Below are positions 59,434 through 64,000 of a DNA stretch of 64,000 nt, piece by piece. Positions within the stretch are counted from its first letter, which is position 1, and every line of letters starts with the position of its first letter. Source of the DNA: Gammaproteobacteria bacterium (GTDB lineage: Bacteria > Pseudomonadota > Gammaproteobacteria > Eutrophobiales > Eutrophobiaceae); assembly GCA_965221695.1 (NCBI GenBank), contig OZ244905.1, forward strand, positions 2,701,384-2,765,383. The letters are read 5' to 3'. The position numbers and the translations under genes were made by a program. The notes below the pieces were generated by a model that did no database searches, was not told where the DNA came from, and saw nothing but the letters and a program-made list of their open reading frames with translations.

Positions 59434-60747
59434 GTGGCGTCAAGACAAGGCTCAGTCCGCAGTCCGGTGAATAGTCTGAATCCCTCCCTGCGGGAATACT
59501 GGCCCCGGCGTTACACGCTGACCGGCCTGGCGGTTATCGCGATGTTCATCTGCTACATGGACCGGGTGAACATTTCCATTGCCATCATACCGATGGCTGA
59601 CGACATGGGTTGGCAGCCGGAACAACAGGGCATGGTATTGTCGTCTTTTTTTCTCGGTTACCTGTTAACCCAGGTCCTCGGTGGCCGCCTGGCGGATCGC
59701 CATGGCGGCAAGCTTGTGCTGGGAGTTGCGGTACTGGTCTGGTCGTTGTTCACGTTTGTCACACCCGTAGCTGCAATGGCCGGTTTCGGCGCACTGCTCC
59801 TGGCGCGTATCGGTATGGGCGCAGGCGAAGGCGTGGCGTTGCCGGCCGTTTACAGTCTCTACGGTCGCTGGTTGCCGCGTCATGAGTTTTCCCGCGCCAT
59901 TGGCGCTACCTTTTCTGCGATGACCCTGGGGATTGTTTTCGGCATGGCAGCCACGCCCTGGATCATCGTCAATTTCGGTTGGCACTGGGCATTTTATTCA
60001 TTCGGTCTCGCCGGTTTTGCCTGGTTCATCTTCTGGCACAAAAGCGCTGCGTCGCATCCTGACCTGCATTCGGGTATCAGCGAGCAAGAGCGCGCGCTGA
60101 TACGCAGGGATGCGGCGCCGGTCACGGCAACACAGGCGCCGCCCTGGGGCCAGTTGTTAACCACACCGGCCGTCTGGGCTATCATCGTGGCCCATTTCTG
60201 TTCCAACTGGGGTGTGTACGTGCTGCTGGCGTGGATGCCCACCTATATCAACAAGGGGTTGCAGGTTGATTTCAATGCGGTGGGCTTGTATGCAATGATC
60301 CCCTACATCGCCGCCTTCCTGTTCTTTAACATAGCCGGCGCGCTCGCAGACAGACTGGCCATGCGTGGTTGGGAGACAATAAAAATCCGCAAGTTGATGC
60401 AAGTCATCGGTTTTGGCGGACCGGCGCTGATCCTGATGTTCGTCGGTAATGTCGATAATGCAGAAGCCGCGATTGCATTGATGACACTGGCCAATATTTT
60501 TATAGCCTTCAATGCGGGCGCTTTCATCGTCAACCACCTGGACATAGCCCCGAAATACGCCGGCGTTTTGATGGGCCTGTCGAACACGGCAGGCACAATA
60601 CCGGGTATCATAGGCGTTTATGTCAGCGGAATGATACTGGGGCTGACTGGTTCGTGGACGCTGGTGTTTCAGCTCGCAGCGCTGGTATACCTGCTGGGGC
60701 TGGTATTCTACCTGGCGTTCGCATCGGGCAAACGCCTGTTTGATTAG
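59434..60747 (+). CDS. MFS transporter, anion:cation symporter (ACS) family (hexuronate/aldonate-type)
   Basis: 12 predicted TM segments and the ACS-type signature ..YMDRVNISIAI.. near TM1. Confidence 0.7.
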   Translation: MASRQGSVRSPVNSLNPSLREYWPRRYTLTGLAVIAMFICYMDRVNISIAIIPMADDMGWQPEQQGMVLSSFFLGYLLTQVLGGRLADRHGGKLVLGVAVLVWSLFTFVTPVAAMAGFGALLLARIGMGAGEGVALPAVYSLYGRWLPRHEFSRAIGATFSAMTLGIVFGMAATPWIIVNFGWHWAFYSFGLAGFAWFIFWHKSAASHPDLHSGISEQERALIRRDAAPVTATQAPPWGQLLTTPAVWAIIVAHFCSNWGVYVLLAWMPTYINKGLQVDFNAVGLYAMIPYIAAFLFFNIAGALADRLAMRGWETIKIRKLMQVIGFGGPALILMFVGNVDNAEAAIALMTLANIFIAFNAGAFIVNHLDIAPKYAGVLMGLSNTAGTIPGIIGVYVSGMILGLTGSWTLVFQLAALVYLLGLVFYLAFASGKRLFD

Positions 60748-60898
60748 GGAAACTCTGAACAAGTCCATCCTGGACTTGTCAGAGTACGGAAAACAAAAAT
60801 GCGATTTTTGTTTTCCTCACAATATCAATGCCTTACAGACATTGATATTGACGATACATCCTTGTATCGTAGGAACCTCTGACTTAATCAGAGGTTCC
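60746..60898. repeat. MITE-like multi-hairpin element (family 2) between the MFS transporter and the MBL hydrolase
   Basis: Same orientation and ~95% identity to 2926-3110. It starts at the MFS stop codon. Confidence 0.8.
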
Positions 60899-60917
60899 TT
60901 AGTTTTGGAGACAACTT

Positions 60918-61778
60918 ATGCAATGGCAAATAGGCAAGGTAAAAATAACCCGTGTGGTTGAGTTGGTCGTCAGCGGAGACAACGAATTTGTGTTGCCGGA
61001 CGCGCAAAACGAAAAGTGCCTGGCATACGACTGGATGCAGCCGCACTTCATGGATGAAAAAGGGTTTCTTCTTTTCAGCGTGCATGGTCTGATTGTCGAT
61101 ACCGGCGCCCACAAGGTCATGGTCGACACCTGTATCGGCAATGACAAGCAGTTGGCGGTTCCCACCTGGAATAATATGCAGACGAACTTTCTGGAAGACA
61201 TGAAGGCCGCCGGGTATGCGCGGGAGGATATCGATACGGTGCTGTGCACGCATCTTCACGTCGACCATGTGGGTTGGAATACCATGCTGGTGGACGGTAA
61301 ATGGACGCCAACCTTCAACAACGCCCGCTACCTGGTGGCGAAATCAGAGTGGGAGCACTGGGATGCCCATGAGGAGGAGATTGAGATAGGCCCGGTCATG
61401 CAGCAGTCCGTCCGGCCTGTAGTAGAGGCGGGGTTGATGGAACTGGTTGATCAGGATTACAGGGTCTGTCCCGAAATTAGACTGATACCGACACCCGGCC
61501 ATACTCCGGGTCATGTGAGCGTGCTGATCTCGTCCGAAGACAACCAGGCGCTGATTACCGGCGATTTTATCCACCACCCGGTACAGATGACACGGCCTGA
61601 TTGGTGCAGTTCGGCAGATTCCGACTCCGCGCAAGGCCTGCTCACCAGGAAGGAGATCCTGGAACGGTATGCCGCCACCGAGGTCCTGATTATCGGCAGC
61701 CATTTCCCCACACCGACCGCCGGTTATATCAAGCCCATGAGTAACGGTGATAATTACTGGCTGGACGTGAATGATTGA
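60918..61778 (+). CDS. MBL-fold metallo-hydrolase
   Basis: THLHVDHVGWN (HxHxDH) motif and downstream His/Asp ligands (TPGHTPGH). Confidence 0.75.
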   Translation: MQWQIGKVKITRVVELVVSGDNEFVLPDAQNEKCLAYDWMQPHFMDEKGFLLFSVHGLIVDTGAHKVMVDTCIGNDKQLAVPTWNNMQTNFLEDMKAAGYAREDIDTVLCTHLHVDHVGWNTMLVDGKWTPTFNNARYLVAKSEWEHWDAHEEEIEIGPVMQQSVRPVVEAGLMELVDQDYRVCPEIRLIPTPGHTPGHVSVLISSEDNQALITGDFIHHPVQMTRPDWCSSADSDSAQGLLTRKEILERYAATEVLIIGSHFPTPTAGYIKPMSNGDNYWLDVND

Positions 61779-61790
61779 CCGGAGTTTCTT

Positions 61791-62969
61791 ATGACCCGTA
61801 TCAAGTCGGTGGCCCTGACGGAATTTGAGTTTGGCGTGGACAACATAGGGCTGGAGACCGCGGCTGCCGGTGTCGGCAACATGGCCTATGTCAAGGGCAA
61901 CCGGTTCAAGGCCAGGCGCTGGGCCGTAAGCATCAGCGCCGACGAAGGCGCAACAGGTGAATATGTGACCAACTGGGTGGGAACGCCGTCATCGTTCGGC
62001 CAGGCATCCATGCTGGCGCCGTTGCTCGTCGGGCGTGACCCCGAACACAGGGAACAGATCTACAACGACCTGAAATGGGAAATACGGGCCTATGACCACA
62101 TGGGGCACGGCCCATTGGATATTGCCTTGTGGGACCTGGCAGGCAAGCTCCACGGCGTATCCATCAAGAGCATGCTTGGCGGCTACCGTGACAGGTTGCC
62201 GGTCTACGCGAGCACCTACGGGGGCCAGGAAAGCCCGGGCGGGTTGCACACGCCGGCGGATTTTGCCGACTATGCCGAACACTGCCTCGCTGCCGGTTTC
62301 CACGGCTTCAAGATCCACGGCTGGCGCAACAGCATACTGGCGCGTGAGATGGAAAACCTGCGCGGCGTGCGGGACAGGGTGGGAGATGATTACCCGGTGA
62401 TGATTGATCCGGCCTGCATGCTGGAAACCTGGATGGATGCCCTGGAACTGGGCAGGGTAGCCGACGAGGTCGGTTGCCTCTGGTATGAAGACCCCTACAA
62501 GGACGCGTCGGTCTCCGCGTTCGCGCACAGCCGCCTGCGGGAAAAACTGAAAACGCCGTTACTGGTCAGCGAGCATGTGCGCGGCCTGGAACAGAAAGCG
62601 TCCTTTCTGGTCAACGGCGGGTGCGACATGATCCATGCAGACCCGGAATACGATATGGGCATCACGGGCGTAATGAAAATAGCCCATTTCTGCGAAGCCA
62701 TGGGACTGGATGTGCAGATTCATGCTGTCGGCCCCGCCCATCGCCTGTGCATGTCGGCGATGCGCAACACCCTGATGTATGAAATGGCGCTGGTCGGCCC
62801 GGACATGCCCAACATCGTAGCGCCGGTATATACCTGTGGCTACTCGGATCGGGCGGAGGACCTGCCCGCCGACGGATTTCTGCCCGTTCCCGACGGCCCC
62901 GGCCTGGGCGTCAGCTATGACTGGGACTATATAAATGCCCACCAGACCAGGCGCCTGGTGTTTGAGTAA
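61791..62969 (+). CDS. mandelate racemase/muconate lactonizing enzyme-family protein (enolase superfamily)
   Basis: DIALWDLAGKLHGVSIKSMLGG and barrel metal ligands. Third MR/MLE paralogue. Confidence 0.75.
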   Translation: MTRIKSVALTEFEFGVDNIGLETAAAGVGNMAYVKGNRFKARRWAVSISADEGATGEYVTNWVGTPSSFGQASMLAPLLVGRDPEHREQIYNDLKWEIRAYDHMGHGPLDIALWDLAGKLHGVSIKSMLGGYRDRLPVYASTYGGQESPGGLHTPADFADYAEHCLAAGFHGFKIHGWRNSILAREMENLRGVRDRVGDDYPVMIDPACMLETWMDALELGRVADEVGCLWYEDPYKDASVSAFAHSRLREKLKTPLLVSEHVRGLEQKASFLVNGGCDMIHADPEYDMGITGVMKIAHFCEAMGLDVQIHAVGPAHRLCMSAMRNTLMYEMALVGPDMPNIVAPVYTCGYSDRAEDLPADGFLPVPDGPGLGVSYDWDYINAHQTRRLVFE

Positions 62970-63067
62970 CGGAGGTCAGCAGGCAAAGACCCAGGGCAGG
63001 CCGGCAGCAATCCGGAAACAGCGAACCGCCGGTTGAACCTCAGAAGCCCCCTGGTCCGGTCTCGCTT

Positions 63068-64000
63068 TTACCAGTTATAACCGACTTCAACGCCATAGGT
63101 GCGCGGCGGTCCTTGCATCTGATGGGCAAATCCCAGGGCCGAAATAATATCCTGGCCGGAGGACATGTACTTTGCGTTAGTGAGATTCATGACCCACACC
63201 GCTGCGTCCCAGTTGCCGTTATCCTGTTGGAAACTAAGACGCCCGTTCAGTAGGAAGTAGCCGTCTTCTTCCAGGATCAGGCGGTTGTTGGGTTCCAGGA
63301 AATGCTCGTCGACATACTTGAAGTCAGCCTGGAGGTAAGGACGAACTCCTCCCATCATGGGCAACTCGTAACGCGCTCTCCCATTGAAGGACCAGTCGGG
63401 CGCGTTGGTAATTTCATTACCCTTGATGGTTGAGGCTGGTCCGCCTGCCAACGAAGACAGGACCACATCGGTCTTGACGATCTCGTTATCCAGCCAGCTT
63501 AAGCCGACATCAATATAGAGCCGGTCAGTCATCAGCCATTGCAGAGAACCCTCGGCCCCGAAGATTTCCACATCGCCGGCGTTCTGTAGGCGGGCGCTCA
63601 CCTCGGTACCGCGCACGAAGGTAGCCTGGTACCCTTCAAAGTCATAGAAGAATCCGCTGCCGTTGAACTGCATGCGTCCGTCCAGCAAGGTCCACTTGAA
63701 GCCGCCCTCGTAGGCTCGCAGGGATTCGACGCCGAACGGCTGCAACGACGGCTGGGAAAAAATTACCGCGCCGGAATACCCACCACTGCGGAAACCTTCG
63801 CTGACTGATATATACCACATCATATCGTCGGTCGGGCTGTATTTGAGTGCGACACGGAAGTCCACGTTTTCCTCTTCCTGTTTGTTGTCGAAATCCAAGG
63901 GGCCGCCAGGCATAAACCCGTCGCAAGTGCCGCCTGCTGTAATAGGCAAGGCTGACAATGGACAAGGTGTGAAACCGGGAGTTGTCAGGGAAGTAAAAGC
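63068..64000 (-). CDS. TonB-dependent receptor, C-terminal beta-barrel part (5'-partial; continues beyond window end)
   Basis: Ends with the canonical C-terminal aromatic strand ..TYGVEVGYNW. Beta-barrel strand periodicity is visible. The reading frame runs off the window edge. Confidence 0.65.
   Translation of the reverse strand, partial: AFTSLTTPGFTPCPLSALPITAGGTCDGFMPGGPLDFDNKQEEENVDFRVALKYSPTDDMMWYISVSEGFRSGGYSGAVIFSQPSLQPFGVESLRAYEGGFKWTLLDGRMQFNGSGFFYDFEGYQATFVRGTEVSARLQNAGDVEIFGAEGSLQWLMTDRLYIDVGLSWLDNEIVKTDVVLSSLAGGPASTIKGNEITNAPDWSFNGRARYELPMMGGVRPYLQADFKYVDEHFLEPNNRLILEEDGYFLLNGRLSFQQDNGNWDAAVWVMNLTNAKYMSSGQDIISALGFAHQMQGPPRTYGVEVGYNW

Overview
GC-rich (~58-60%) proteobacterial chromosome segment, with gammaproteobacterial-like gene order. 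The conserved backbone is: a cobalamin cluster (cobQ 3' end, cobalamin riboswitch, btuB, cobO); recN-nadK; the heat-shock operon hrcA-grpE-dnaK-dnaJ; dapB; an ~11.5 kb accessory insertion; carAB; greA-rlmE-ftsH-glmM-serA-DUF1015; and tRNA-Ser(CGA). Downstream of the tRNA are two 177-bp tandem repeats that each re-create the tRNA 3' end, then a DUF4143 AAA ATPase. Next comes an 8-gene, tightly packed locus (38.3-47.4 kb) that I regard as the most interesting feature. It combines three cytoplasmic FHA domains, a PP2C phosphatase and a membrane Ser/Thr kinase fused to an FGE/SUMF1-like domain with a MotA/TolQ/ExbB-type proton-channel subunit and a separately encoded ExbD/TolR-like membrane anchor. 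The anchor carries a coiled-coil and an unknown beta-rich C-terminal domain. This looks like an undescribed stator-like module wired to phosphothreonine signalling. The last 15 kb is a catabolic island: three MR/MLE enolase-superfamily enzymes, two or three TonB-dependent receptors, a PQQ quinohemoprotein dehydrogenase, a Zn-ADH, an ACS-family MFS transporter, an MBL-fold hydrolase and a DUF3604-like protein. Two abundant families of highly structured intergenic repeats (a nested-palindrome REP-like element and a multi-hairpin MITE-like element) punctuate gene boundaries throughout. The accessory insertion between dapB and carA carries a thioesterase, an NYN-domain protein, toxin-antitoxin remnants, a UDG-like protein, an Lhr-type helicase, a GFA-family protein and a MocA-like protein.
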